Positions 36,929 to 44,740 of a stretch of DNA of 60,190 nucleotides are shown one piece after another. A program made the translations under genes and the position numbers. This DNA is from a virus. Location: the IMG/VR virus record IMGVR_UViG_3300049448_000391. One strand, written 5' to 3'. Within the stretch, counting starts at the first letter, position 1. The number at the start of each line of letters is the position of its first letter. The notes beneath the pieces are model-generated. The model searched no databases. It was not told where the DNA came from and saw only the letters and a program-made list of their open reading frames with translations.

Positions 36929-37906
36929 ATGACGATCGCAGCTCAGATCTACACGGCAAATGGCGGCGGAACGGTGCCCGCTGGCGCGACGATCTGCCAG
37001 ATCTTCATCCGTCCCGGAGCCGGTGGCGGAGCATCTGGCGGCGGAGGCGGCGGTGGCTTCGGCGGCGCGACCCCCGGCGGCGGAGGCGGCGGCGCTGGCG
37101 GAGGTAGCGGAGCTCCGTGCTGCGGAGATTGGACGCCGCCGGTGAGCGTGACTGCGGGCCAATCGATCACGGTCGCGATCGGCGCCGGCGGACTCGCGGG
37201 GACGCCGGGCGGAACTGCAGGAGCCGGCAGTGGAGCAGGCGGCGCTGGCAATCCTGGCGGCGCGGGCGGCATCACGAGCGTGACGATCAACAGCGTGCTC
37301 GTCGCGCAGGCTGGACAGGGCGCGAGCAACCAGGGAGGCACTGGCGGCGGAGCAGGCGGCGCAGGTAATCCTGGCACGAGCGGCACCGGCGGCACCGGCG
37401 GCTCAGCGGGTTCGGCGCCCACCGCGAAATGGGGGCCAGCGGCGATCCTGGGTCAGGCCGGGATCGCGGGCGCCGCCGGAGGTAACTCGGGCGTCGGCGG
37501 TAACACTGCCGCGACAATAGCAGTGCACTCCTCGAGATTTGGCGGCGCCTCTCAGATCGCTATCGGAACGGCAATCATCGGAGGCACCGGAAGCGCGCCA
37601 ATTGCCGGCGGCGGTGCAGGCGGTGGTGGCGGCTCCTCGGGACTCGGCGACGAGACTGCGGTGAACGGCGTCATTTCTGCGAATACCGATGGCAAGGGCG
37701 GCACCGGTGGCCACGGCGGCGCGTTCACCAACAACGCGGGCGGGCTCGTGGGGAACGCAGGAAACAACGGCACCAACGGTCGCGGCGGTGGTGGTGGCGG
37801 AGGCGGCGGCGGCGGTGGTGGCGACGGTACCAGCGGCCAAGTTGGGCTCGCGGGCGCAGCGGGTGGCAACGGAGACAACGGGATCGCGATCCTGGTCTTC
37901 ACTTGA
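36929..37906 (+). CDS. Glycine-rich domain protein, paralogue 3
   Basis: 325 aa; MTIAAQIYTANGGGTVPAGAT..., same motif order, C-terminal IAILVFT. Confidence 0.75.
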   Translation: MTIAAQIYTANGGGTVPAGATICQIFIRPGAGGGASGGGGGGGFGGATPGGGGGGAGGGSGAPCCGDWTPPVSVTAGQSITVAIGAGGLAGTPGGTAGAGSGAGGAGNPGGAGGITSVTINSVLVAQAGQGASNQGGTGGGAGGAGNPGTSGTGGTGGSAGSAPTAKWGPAAILGQAGIAGAAGGNSGVGGNTAATIAVHSSRFGGASQIAIGTAIIGGTGSAPIAGGGAGGGGGSSGLGDETAVNGVISANTDGKGGTGGHGGAFTNNAGGLVGNAGNNGTNGRGGGGGGGGGGGGGDGTSGQVGLAGAAGGNGDNGIAILVFT

Positions 37907-37919
37907 AGGGAGCAAGAAC

Positions 37920-38138
37920 GTGGAATTCATCGACTGCACGACGCCGGGAACGCCGCTCACTTGGGCGGTCGTCGAAGACGGCAAGGTTACGAACATGGTG
38001 AGCGCGAGCCAGCGCTTCGTCGACGAGAACCCGGAGTTCACCAAGAGCTACGTTCTCGTGCCTCCCGGCATCGTCGTCGAGAGCGGACACACGTTCGACG
38101 GCAAGACGTTCGCGCCCGGCGCGCAGGAGACGCAGTGA
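37920..38138 (+). CDS. Small hypothetical protein (72 aa)
   Basis: GTG 37920 after GAAGGGAG; VEDGKVTNMV...GHTFDGKTF; resembles the next ORF. Confidence 0.45.
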   Translation: MEFIDCTTPGTPLTWAVVEDGKVTNMVSASQRFVDENPEFTKSYVLVPPGIVVESGHTFDGKTFAPGAQETQ

Positions 38139-38509
38139 ACATCTACGCGCTGGTGAAAGCGGGGGTCGTGAAAAACATCGTTCTCGCGGCCGATCCGGCG
38201 AGCGCGACGCAAGGCGACGCCACGCTGACGGCCGTGCTCGTCGCAGCGGGGAAAGTCGTATCCGGAGGCGACACCTACGACGGCGTCAATTTCATCCTGG
38301 CGCCATTTACGTTCCAGGACCCGGGACCTCCTGATGCTCAGGCGGTGGCGATCCAGCTCGCCTACGCGAACCGCGCATCCATCGCTGCACAGGCCGGAGT
38401 GAAGAGCGTGACGCTCATGAATGCGGCCCGCTCTTTCATACAGGCTTGCGCGGCATCGCTCACGTCCGCGGCCCCCACCGCGGTCACCGCGGGCATCAAC
38501 GCTATCTGA
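38135..38509 (+). CDS. Small hypothetical protein (124 aa)
   Basis: GTG 38135 in GTGA overlap; VKAGVVKNIV...GGDTYDGVNF. Confidence 0.45.
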   Translation: MNIYALVKAGVVKNIVLAADPASATQGDATLTAVLVAAGKVVSGGDTYDGVNFILAPFTFQDPGPPDAQAVAIQLAYANRASIAAQAGVKSVTLMNAARSFIQACAASLTSAAPTAVTAGINAI

Positions 38510-38598
38510 TTTCCACGTAGTTGGTCGCAGAGCAGCCGTAGCGCGCTCCGACCCAATCAGCATCACCCGCGCTCTTCGCAGCGCATCAGGAGAACTCC

Positions 38599-39072
38599 AT
38601 GCAACAAGTCACCGCCTTCCTCTTCGGTCACTGGACCGCGATCCTGCTCTACCTCTCGATCGGCACCGCGCTGGTCCGCGGTTTCGACGCACTCGCGCAG
38701 AAGTTCCCGAAGCTCGCTCCAGCCGCTTCGGTCGTCGACGCGTTGTTCCACGACGTCTTCGAGATCCTCGGTGCGCTGGCGTCGATGTTCGGTCTCAGGT
38801 GGCCGCCGAGCTCGGGCGGGACGGCGGCGAAGGTGGCGATCGTCTGTCTGCTCGCCTTCCTCGGCTGCGGCATCCCCGCGAAGACCGTCGTGCGGGATGT
38901 CTGCACGGTCATCGATAGCGGGAATCCGGCGATCGGTGCGCTGTGCCTGACGGCGGAGGAAATCGCGTCGCTGTTCGGCCACGTGCGAGCCGCTCGCGCA
39001 TTCCGCGCGTCCCACCCCGGCGTCTCGCCCGGTCACGCCGTCGACGTCTGCGAAGGGTCGGTGTCGAAGTGA
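38599..39072 (+). CDS. Membrane protein, holin candidate
   Basis: AGGAGA SD; about 3 hydrophobic segments (WTAILLYLSIGTALV, FEILGALASMFGL, VAIVCLLAFLGCGI); first gene of the lysis cluster. Confidence 0.4.
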   Translation: MQQVTAFLFGHWTAILLYLSIGTALVRGFDALAQKFPKLAPAASVVDALFHDVFEILGALASMFGLRWPPSSGGTAAKVAIVCLLAFLGCGIPAKTVVRDVCTVIDSGNPAIGALCLTAEEIASLFGHVRAARAFRASHPGVSPGHAVDVCEGSVSK

Positions 39073-39995
39073 TCGCGCGCGGTCGTGGCTGGCGCCCGAA
39101 CGTCCGCCCCTTCGCGCACACGTTCTCGGCGGTCCATCCGCTCTCGCTCGCCGCCGTCATGGCAGACGGCTCGGACCTCACGCCGTTCGTCGCGCCCGTG
39201 ATGGATCAGGGCCAGACGAGCACGTGCACCGGTCACGCGAGCTCGGACGGCGCCTTCACGTCGTTCGGTAAGGCAGGCGCGCCCCTCGATTGGGTGCCGT
39301 CGCAGGCAGGCATCTACGTGCTCGGCAACGCGACATCGCGCGCCGCGCAGGGGCTCGATCCGGCGACGCACCCGCTCGTCGACCAGGGCGCCTTCCCGGC
39401 GGACGTCATGGACGGGATCGCGAAGTGGGGCCTTCGCCCGATGGGTCCCGAGGTCGAGGGCCGGTTCTCCGATGCCGACGCCGAGACGTGCGTTGCGGAG
39501 CCCACGCTCGACGAGCTCGAGACGGACGCGCTCCACCTCGTCGAGTCGCACGCGATCGCGCGCGGTCCGAACCTCATCGGCGACGTTTGCGCGGCGCTCG
39601 CGGAGTACGCGGTCCCGACGGGCTTCTTTGTCGATACGGCGTTCGAGCAGTGGAACCCGATGAACGGCTTCGTCGGCGCGCCCCTCAATCCGAACGACCC
39701 TAACGGCGGCGGGCACTACGTCGACGTCGTCGGCTTCGTGCGCGCCGGCATCCTCGCTCAGCAGGGCGCGGGCGCTCTGCCGCGGATCATGCGTGCTACC
39801 GCCGAGCAAGCGGCGGCTCTCGCCGTGGCTGCCGGGCGGCTGGCGAGCAACGCGCCGGTCTTCTTCGTCAAGAACTCCTGGGGCGACACCGACTGGGGCC
39901 TCGGCGGGTTCTTCCTCGCGACGAAGGCGTGGCTGCTCGACGCCCAGACGAGCGACTCGAACGCGATCCTGCCCGTCATGAAGGAGGCTGCCTGA
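39069..39995 (+). CDS. Papain-like cysteine peptidase (C1 family-like), endolysin-position
   Basis: GTGA overlap; DQGQTSTCTGHA (Q...C), GGGHYVDVVGF (His), VKNSWGDTDWGLGGFF (N-S-W-G) in canonical order. Confidence 0.7.
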   Translation: MIARGRGWRPNVRPFAHTFSAVHPLSLAAVMADGSDLTPFVAPVMDQGQTSTCTGHASSDGAFTSFGKAGAPLDWVPSQAGIYVLGNATSRAAQGLDPATHPLVDQGAFPADVMDGIAKWGLRPMGPEVEGRFSDADAETCVAEPTLDELETDALHLVESHAIARGPNLIGDVCAALAEYAVPTGFFVDTAFEQWNPMNGFVGAPLNPNDPNGGGHYVDVVGFVRAGILAQQGAGALPRIMRATAEQAAALAVAAGRLASNAPVFFVKNSWGDTDWGLGGFFLATKAWLLDAQTSDSNAILPVMKEAA

Positions 39996-40360
39996 TGTAC
40001 CGAACGATCCTCGCCGTCGCGCTGCTCGTCGCATCGTCTCCGAGCTGCAACCCGCCGCCGGATCCGGTGACGCCGCCCGCTCCGGCGCCCGCTCCCATCC
40101 CGACGATCCCGCCTCCGCTGCCGGTCGTCGATGCGGGGCCGCCTGCGCCTCCTCCCGCGCCCGCGCCCGGAGACGCGTACGACGACGCCTGCGCGGCCAT
40201 GAAGGCCGCTGGGTGCCACGCAGGGGCTGATCCGACGTGCGCGGCAACGATGCGGCACGCCGACCACGACGGGATTACCAAGGTGCCCGTCGCGTGCCTC
40301 GGATCGGCGAAGACGAAGGCGGCCGTGCGCGCATGCGGGTTCACCAAATGCGCGCCGTAG
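39995..40360 (+). CDS. Proline-rich lipoprotein (o-spanin-like candidate)
   Basis: TGATG overlap; MYRTILAVALLVASSPSC then a Pro-rich stretch; 4 further Cys. Confidence 0.5.
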   Translation: MYRTILAVALLVASSPSCNPPPDPVTPPAPAPAPIPTIPPPLPVVDAGPPAPPPAPAPGDAYDDACAAMKAAGCHAGADPTCAATMRHADHDGITKVPVACLGSAKTKAAVRACGFTKCAP

Positions 40361-40647
40361 TCCTGGCCCTCGTCGCCCTGGTCGTGGCCGGCTGCCACTT
40401 CGACTCGCCCATCTTCACGCCGGATCCTCACGACAAGGCCTACCCGTGCCACCGCGCGGACGGCTCGGCGGACCCGAACGCGACGTGGTGCTTCCCGGTC
40501 GACGGATCGCACACGTGCTGCCCTGAGCGGTCCGCGTGCTCGTCGCTCGAGGGGCAACCGATCTGCGCCTACCAGGGTCCAGAGGTCGGTCCCGGCGGCC
40601 TGTTCGAGACACGACGACCGATCGCGCGCACGCCGGAGCACCCGTGA
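40348..40647 (+). CDS. Cys-rich lipoprotein
   Basis: MRAVVLALVALVVAGC|H lipobox; start overlaps the end of the previous gene. Confidence 0.55.
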   Translation: MRAVVLALVALVVAGCHFDSPIFTPDPHDKAYPCHRADGSADPNATWCFPVDGSHTCCPERSACSSLEGQPICAYQGPEVGPGGLFETRRPIARTPEHP

Positions 40648-40763
40648 TCCAGCATCTCTCAGAGCTCGGAGACGTGGTCTTCGAAAGCGCGCTGATCGCC
40701 CTCGCGGGCGCCGCCGGGCTCCTCGTCGTCATGTGGTTGCTGCTTGGGGGGCCGTGGACGTGA
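40644..40763 (+). CDS. Small single-TM peptide (39 aa)
   Basis: GTGA overlap; LIALAGAAGLLVVMWLLLGG. Confidence 0.4.
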   Translation: MIQHLSELGDVVFESALIALAGAAGLLVVMWLLLGGPWT

Positions 40764-40785
40764 GGCCCATCTACCAGGAACCGCA

Positions 40786-41565
40786 ATGACGGACTCGATC
40801 TGGCCCCCGCCATCCGCCGACGCAGCGACGAAGCACGCGCACTACTTCGCGCTCCTCTCTGCAGCCGGAATCGGAACGCGTCTCGATCGCCCACTGCTCC
40901 TTGGGATCCGCGGCCTCGAGCTCGGCGGAACGGAGCCGCACGACACGATCTCGCGGCCCGCCTACGACGACGCCTTCGTCCTCCTCGCCGAGGGCATCGT
41001 TCGCGAGTTCCGCGGCTCGACCCACCCATACCAGCACACCACGCGCGCAACCGTCGACGTCGACCACGACGGGACGCCCGACGTCGGCACAATTCGGCCG
41101 GGCCGCTACGTCATGCAACGGCTACAGACCGCGCCGTTTCCGAAGCTTTGGATCAAGGGCAGCGCCACGGATCCGCGCGTCCCGACATGGCGGGACACGA
41201 ACCACGACGGCACGATCACCGACGCGGAGCGCGATGCCTCGGAGGAACGTCAACGCGGCGAGCAGTCAGCGCCCGACGTCGGCGACTTCGCGACGGAGGT
41301 CCTCTTGCACCCCGGTTTCGACTGCGCCGGTCCGAGCGGAAAAGCGTTCAGCTCGATCGGGTGCCAGACCGCGCACCTTTCCGACGTGGCAGCCGTCGCG
41401 ACCTTCGCCGAGCTCGACTACCTGCTGCTCGATGCGCGGACGCTCCTCGACGCTGCCGCTTCGCCGTTCACGGACGAGCAGCGGCGCGAGATCGAGGGAT
41501 CGGTCGCGTTGACGACGGAAGAGAGCGCGGAAGACGCGCTCCGCGGCGCGGAGAAACCCGCGTGA
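40786..41565 (+). CDS. Putative cell-wall enzyme with L,D-transpeptidase-fold-like motif and EF-hand-like loops
   Basis: LLHPGFDCAGPSGKAFSSIGCQT fits H-x14-S-x-G-C (YkuD/Tlde1-like); DTNHDGTITDAE fits an EF-hand loop; function is inferred. Confidence 0.4.
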   Translation: MTDSIWPPPSADAATKHAHYFALLSAAGIGTRLDRPLLLGIRGLELGGTEPHDTISRPAYDDAFVLLAEGIVREFRGSTHPYQHTTRATVDVDHDGTPDVGTIRPGRYVMQRLQTAPFPKLWIKGSATDPRVPTWRDTNHDGTITDAERDASEERQRGEQSAPDVGDFATEVLLHPGFDCAGPSGKAFSSIGCQTAHLSDVAAVATFAELDYLLLDARTLLDAAASPFTDEQRREIEGSVALTTEESAEDALRGAEKPA

Positions 41566-41996
41566 CCGACGACGACGCCCGCCATCTCGAACCATTCCCG
41601 CTCCCCGAACAACGCGACACCGACAAGTCAGAGCTTTCACCCGATGAGGACAGAGAAATGAACGAGCACGAGGCCGCGAAGGAAGTCCGAAAAAAGCAGC
41701 TCGAAACGTTGGACGCGCATGCGCTCCTCGTATCTCTGCACCTCCGCCTCGACGAGATCGATAGCTGGCGAGCGAAGACGGACCGCCGCCTCGAGGAGGG
41801 CGATCAAGAATTCCAGGAGCAGAAACGGGACATCGGGATCGTGTCCTCCGCCGTGAAGGCGCTCTGCGCGGTCCGAGGGCTCGACGACAAGGTCGAGGAG
41901 CTCGGGCGACGGCTCTCTGACCGGTTTCCCTCGAACGGCGCCGCTGAGCACGATGTGCCGACGAACCCGGCGAACGAGCGCCCGGACGCGGAGTGA
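41562..41996 (+). CDS. Coiled-coil protein
   Basis: GTGA overlap; 144 aa, acidic, heptad-like centre. Confidence 0.5.
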   Translation: MTDDDARHLEPFPLPEQRDTDKSELSPDEDREMNEHEAAKEVRKKQLETLDAHALLVSLHLRLDEIDSWRAKTDRRLEEGDQEFQEQKRDIGIVSSAVKALCAVRGLDDKVEELGRRLSDRFPSNGAAEHDVPTNPANERPDAE

Positions 41997-41997
41997 C

Positions 41998-42510
41998 GTG
42001 GCCGAGCTCCCGCCCATCACTTCCCCCGTCGCGTTCCTCGGATGGGCCGTTGCTGGGCTCGGTGCCGTCGTCGGGCTCCTCTACCGCAATGCCGAGAAGG
42101 CCCGAGACCGCGAGCTCGCGACGCTCCGCGAGGCGCACGCGGGGGAAGTCGCGTCCCTGAAGGCGCAACTCGACGAATCCCGCCGGCGGGAGGCCGAGCG
42201 CCGAGACGAACGGGACCGGCTCGGTCGGCTCTACGACGAAGAGCGAGAGGGCCGAGCGCGGGACCTGGAGAGGATGGCGCGCGCCGTGGCTCTCAGGACC
42301 CCGCCAGAGGCCGCGAGGAGCGTCGCGACCGACTGGGTCGAGCTGCCGACGGGGGTGCATGACCGGCTCGACCTGGTGGCGCAGGCGCTCTCCCCAGTGC
42401 CGCTCCCGGAGGCCGAGGAGCGTAGGCTCGCGCGTTATGCCGCCGGAGACCCGCTCTCGACGCCGCCGGAGGCTCCGCGGCGGCCGCGATTGCCCTCGCG
42501 GTCGCGCTGA
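41998..42510 (+). CDS. N-terminal TM plus coiled-coil protein (i-spanin-like candidate)
   Basis: GTG 41998; VAFLGWAVAGLGAVVGLLY then a charged helical region; last gene before the terminator. Confidence 0.45.
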   Translation: MAELPPITSPVAFLGWAVAGLGAVVGLLYRNAEKARDRELATLREAHAGEVASLKAQLDESRRREAERRDERDRLGRLYDEEREGRARDLERMARAVALRTPPEAARSVATDWVELPTGVHDRLDLVAQALSPVPLPEAEERRLARYAAGDPLSTPPEAPRRPRLPSRSR

Positions 42511-42569
42511 ATATCCCCGACGCCATCCCCGCCCCCATCCGCCGTCGCTCCTACGTGGGCGGCGCCTTG

Positions 42570-42606
42570 CCCCTCTCGCTTCACGGCGGGAGGGGTTTTG
42601 CTTTTG
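42570..42606 (+). terminator. Intrinsic terminator of the rightward late/lysis operon
   Basis: CCCCTCTCGCT-TCAC-GGCGGGAGGGG (11-bp stem with 2 G-U pairs) followed by TTTTGCTTTTG. Confidence 0.8.
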
Positions 42607-42683
42607 GTACGGCCCTCAGCTCCGCCAGCGTCCCGTTCGTGATTGGTTCCGGGGACTGACTCCCGACGTGACGGGGTGAGTCG

Positions 42684-42727
42684 GAGTAGCTGTTACCCAC
42701 TGCTTCACGGCGCGGGATTGGTCTTTC
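42684..42727 (-). repeat. Junction element R1 (outside any gene)
   Basis: Minus strand: GAAAGACCAATCCCGCGCC-GTGAAGCAGTGGGTAACAGCTACTC. Confidence 0.7.
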
Positions 42728-42737
42728 GTGGGCGCGC

Positions 42738-42953
42738 TCACCTATTGGCCTTCCGTTTGATTTCCTTCTTGACCGCCTCAATCGCTTTCGTGAGCCGACG
42801 CTGGTCCGGCTCCTGCTCGATGCCGCCGAACATCCAGCCGTCGCGCTCTGTCAGCTCGTGGTCGAGCATTGCGAACAGCACCCGGTAGACGTACCGACGA
42901 GCTTGCGCTTGCGGCCGCAACCCGTCGCGCCCGTTGAACTGTAGCTCGGTCAA
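42738..42953 (-). CDS. Hypothetical small protein (71 aa)
   Basis: TTG start 42953 overlapping the stop of a 19-codon mini-ORF (TTGA); last gene of the leftward arm. Confidence 0.5.
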   Translation of the reverse strand: MTELQFNGRDGLRPQAQARRYVYRVLFAMLDHELTERDGWMFGGIEQEPDQRRLTKAIEAVKKEIKRKANR

Positions 42954-43009
42954 GAGACCGCCTCTCTCGTGACGGGCTTCGCGCGAGTAGCTGTTCTTTG
43001 CTGCTTCAC
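42950..43009 (-). CDS. 19-codon mini-ORF (VKQQRTATRAKPVTREAVS)
   Basis: Starts at the GTG of junction element R2 (GTGA overlap) and stops on the next TTG start. Confidence 0.3.
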   Translation of the reverse strand: MKQQRTATRAKPVTREAVS

Positions 43010-43025
43010 GGGGCGCGGTCCTTTC
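42985..43025 (-). repeat. Junction element R2
   Basis: Minus strand: GAAAGGACCGCGCCCC-GTGAAGCAGCAAAGAACAGCTACTC. Confidence 0.75.
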
Positions 43026-43374
43026 TGCCTGGCTCCGCGCTACCCCGATCCGGAGTCATCCAGTCATCTAAGGTGAGCATCTGCTCGCGGAATTCTTCGG
43101 CGTGCATCACGGCAAGCGCGACCAAGCCCTTGGTCGCCAGCTCGACGGCGAACTGCAATGAACCGAGAGATTTAGAGACCGTGAGCGCCTCGAACGGCGT
43201 AAGGGTGGGCACCGGGTATGGGTTTGGCCCGTAGGCGCATTCCACGATCATTTTGTGCGGCGGCTCGAAGGACGGACGCAATCCGTAACCGTCAAAATAC
43301 CAGCGCAGCCTAGGTGGAGGGATTGTCTCCGGCATGTCTGACTCCGCCGGGTCTGGGATGTCTTGCTGCTTCAC
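43006..43374 (-). CDS. Hypothetical protein (122 aa)
   Basis: GTG start in R3; begins VKQQ and ends GRKDRAP inside R2. Confidence 0.55.
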   Translation of the reverse strand: MKQQDIPDPAESDMPETIPPPRLRWYFDGYGLRPSFEPPHKMIVECAYGPNPYPVPTLTPFEALTVSKSLGSLQFAVELATKGLVALAVMHAEEFREQMLTLDDWMTPDRGSAEPGRKDRAP

Positions 43375-43383
43375 GGTTGCACC
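43364..43383 (-). repeat. Junction element R3
   Basis: Minus strand: GGTGCAACC-GTGAAGCAGCA. Confidence 0.7.
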
Positions 43384-43610
43384 GCAGTTTTATCGGGCGT
43401 GCAGACTTGAATCCGAACTACCTGCCCAGGGTCGTCGCGGAACCAGCAGAACCTCTCCCGCGGCCAGTGGACATAGAAGTGCTCGGGGCCGGCGCCGACG
43501 AACCGAGCGACGGTGAGCACAGTGTTGTTCGCCGTCCAGAAGAGCGTTTTCACGTCGTCGTAGATGACCTGCGCGGTGCTGTCGTCGCGGTATAGAGTGA
43601 GGCGTCTCAT
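43371..43610 (-). CDS. Hypothetical protein (79 aa)
   Basis: ATGA overlap upstream; ends TAVQP inside R3. Confidence 0.55.
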   Translation of the reverse strand: MRRLTLYRDDSTAQVIYDDVKTLFWTANNTVLTVARFVGAGPEHFYVHWPRERFCWFRDDPGQVVRIQVCTPDKTAVQP

Positions 43611-43867
43611 CGGCCGCGCTTACGCTCCTGCTCGGTCATGGGTCGCGGTGGCCCGTAATTGTGCGGCGCATCGGGATTGTCGAAAATGGTGTGACCGGGT
43701 GGAACCTTGCAAGGGTCACTAAACCCCGAAGATTGGCTGTCGGCACTACACCGTCGACACGTTCCGTCTCCGCTCCACTCGTGTTGCCATGCCGTGGGTT
43801 CCTGGGTCAACGAATCGGGTGGTTGCATGATGGGCTCCTTCGGGTCTCTGGTTTCGTGTTGCTTCAC
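43607..43867 (-). CDS. Hypothetical protein (86 aa)
   Basis: GTG 43867 in R4 (GTGA overlap); begins VKQHETRDP (alternative ATG at MQPPDSL). Confidence 0.5.
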   Translation of the reverse strand: MKQHETRDPKEPIMQPPDSLTQEPTAWQHEWSGDGTCRRCSADSQSSGFSDPCKVPPGHTIFDNPDAPHNYGPPRPMTEQERKRGR

Positions 43868-43884
43868 GGCGCACGATCCTTTCC
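43857..43884 (-). repeat. Junction element R4
   Basis: Minus strand: GGAAAGGATCGTGCGCC-GTGAAGCAACA. Confidence 0.75.
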
Positions 43885-44211
43885 GTACCTGATTCTCGCG
43901 ACCTCGCTCTCGAAGAACTGGTCCAACGTCTGCACGACGTTCGGTCCGAGCCGAGTGCACTCCGCGGCTATTTTGTCGGCCATCTCTTCGGGCGTCTTGC
44001 GGTTGCGCGCCACTTCTTCGGCGATCTCGGTGAGCGTGCCCATGACGGAGTCGAGCGCGTGGTCGAGGCATTGCGACGTGACGACGTCGCCGAACTCCCG
44101 ACAGCGACGCCAAACGCACCCGCAAGCGGAAGGATTGGGTGGAGCGATCCAGGAGAGATTCCCCACATCGGTATCCACGAGTCTACGGACTGCCGGTACC
44201 TGTTGCTTCAC
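43864..44211 (-). CDS. Hypothetical protein (115 aa)
   Basis: GTG start in R5; begins VKQQ and ends YGKDRAP inside R4. Confidence 0.55.
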   Translation of the reverse strand: MKQQVPAVRRLVDTDVGNLSWIAPPNPSACGCVWRRCREFGDVVTSQCLDHALDSVMGTLTEIAEEVARNRKTPEEMADKIAAECTRLGPNVVQTLDQFFESEVARIRYGKDRAP

Positions 44212-44220
44212 GGTTGCACC
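44201..44220 (-). repeat. Junction element R5
   Basis: Minus strand: GGTGCAACC-GTGAAGCAACA. Confidence 0.7.
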
Positions 44221-44318
44221 TCAATCATGGTCTACCTAGACCCCGGGCCGCGGTAAAAAAGTTGATCCGTTCTGGCCCTTTTCCCTGGCATAAGGCGACC
44301 CCCTTGCGTCGCCCTATT

Positions 44319-44347
44319 TGTTGGCTTCATTCGCGCGGGTCCTTTCC
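44319..44347 (-). repeat. Junction element R6 (diverged, ATG version)
   Basis: Minus strand: GGAAAGGACCCGCGCGA-ATGAAGCCAACA. Confidence 0.6.
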
Positions 44348-44662
44348 GAGAGCCAGGACCACGTCCTCGACTAGCTTGTCCTGACCATCGAGCGCCGAAC
44401 GGCGTCGCCGAAGGTACTTCGCGTACCAAACAAGAATGTCTGGCATCCACGCGAGCACTCCTCGCTCGACACGATCAAAGCAACAGTCGCAGACCACGAG
44501 ACCGGCAAAATCAGCATGCGAAACGCTGTCACCGTCATACACACCACGAGCATCCTCGCCCTCGTTGTACTTGCCGCCGCACAGTCCGCACGTGATATCT
44601 CCGTACGTGCCGGTTCCCATCCCGTTGCCGAACAATGATGTCGAATCTTCGATGCGCGACAT
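44327..44662 (-). CDS. Hypothetical Cys-rich (zinc-binding-like) protein
   Basis: GAAGGAG SD; ITCGLCGG...VVCDCCFD; ends LGKDPRE inside R6. Confidence 0.55.
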   Translation of the reverse strand: MSRIEDSTSLFGNGMGTGTYGDITCGLCGGKYNEGEDARGVYDGDSVSHADFAGLVVCDCCFDRVERGVLAWMPDILVWYAKYLRRRRSALDGQDKLVEDVVLALGKDPRE

Positions 44663-44677
44663 TCAGGTAGCTCCTTC

Positions 44678-44737
44678 TCAAAAGACCAGCGGTCCCGTGC
44701 TCCGCTCTTCGCGGCCTGCCGTGCATCCGTGCTTCAC
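44678..44737 (-). CDS. 19-codon mini-ORF (VKHGCTAGREERSTGPLVF)
   Basis: Starts at the GTG of R7 (GTGA overlap) and stops 15 nt before the ATG at 44662, just ahead of its SD. Confidence 0.3.
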   Translation of the reverse strand: MKHGCTAGREERSTGPLVF

Positions 44738-44740
44738 CGC
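44727..44740 (-). repeat. Junction element R7 (core only)
   Basis: Minus strand: GCGGTGAAGCACGG. Confidence 0.5.

Noticed and set aside
34988-37902. Proline-rich minus-strand ORFs (34988-35290, 35324-35920, 35994-36710, 36949-37422, 37552-37902).
   Set aside because: They are the mirror image of GGN glycine codons (CCN = Pro) in the three glycine-rich genes, not independent genes.
34857-37906. Possible CRISPR array or diversity-generating retroelement, given the repetitive sequence in the fibre region.
   Set aside because: The repeats are coding Gly tracts within three paralogous genes, without the regular repeat-spacer periodicity of a CRISPR array. No reverse transcriptase or template/variable repeat pair was seen anywhere in the window.
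42616-42708. 30-codon ORF starting at the GTG of junction element R1.
   Set aside because: It lies after the last leftward gene and runs toward the convergent terminator. It is more likely a non-coding relic or RNA element than a gene, and is kept only as part of the junction-element finding.
44232-44330. 32-codon ORF (MKPTNRATQGG...) after junction element R6, plus a 6-codon ATGATTGAGGTGCAACCGTGA mini-ORF before R5.
   Set aside because: The region is locally AT-richer and contains a GGCGAC-N8-GTCGCC hairpin (44294-44313) and a T6 run. It looks like an intergenic regulatory spacer rather than coding sequence, though this is unresolved.
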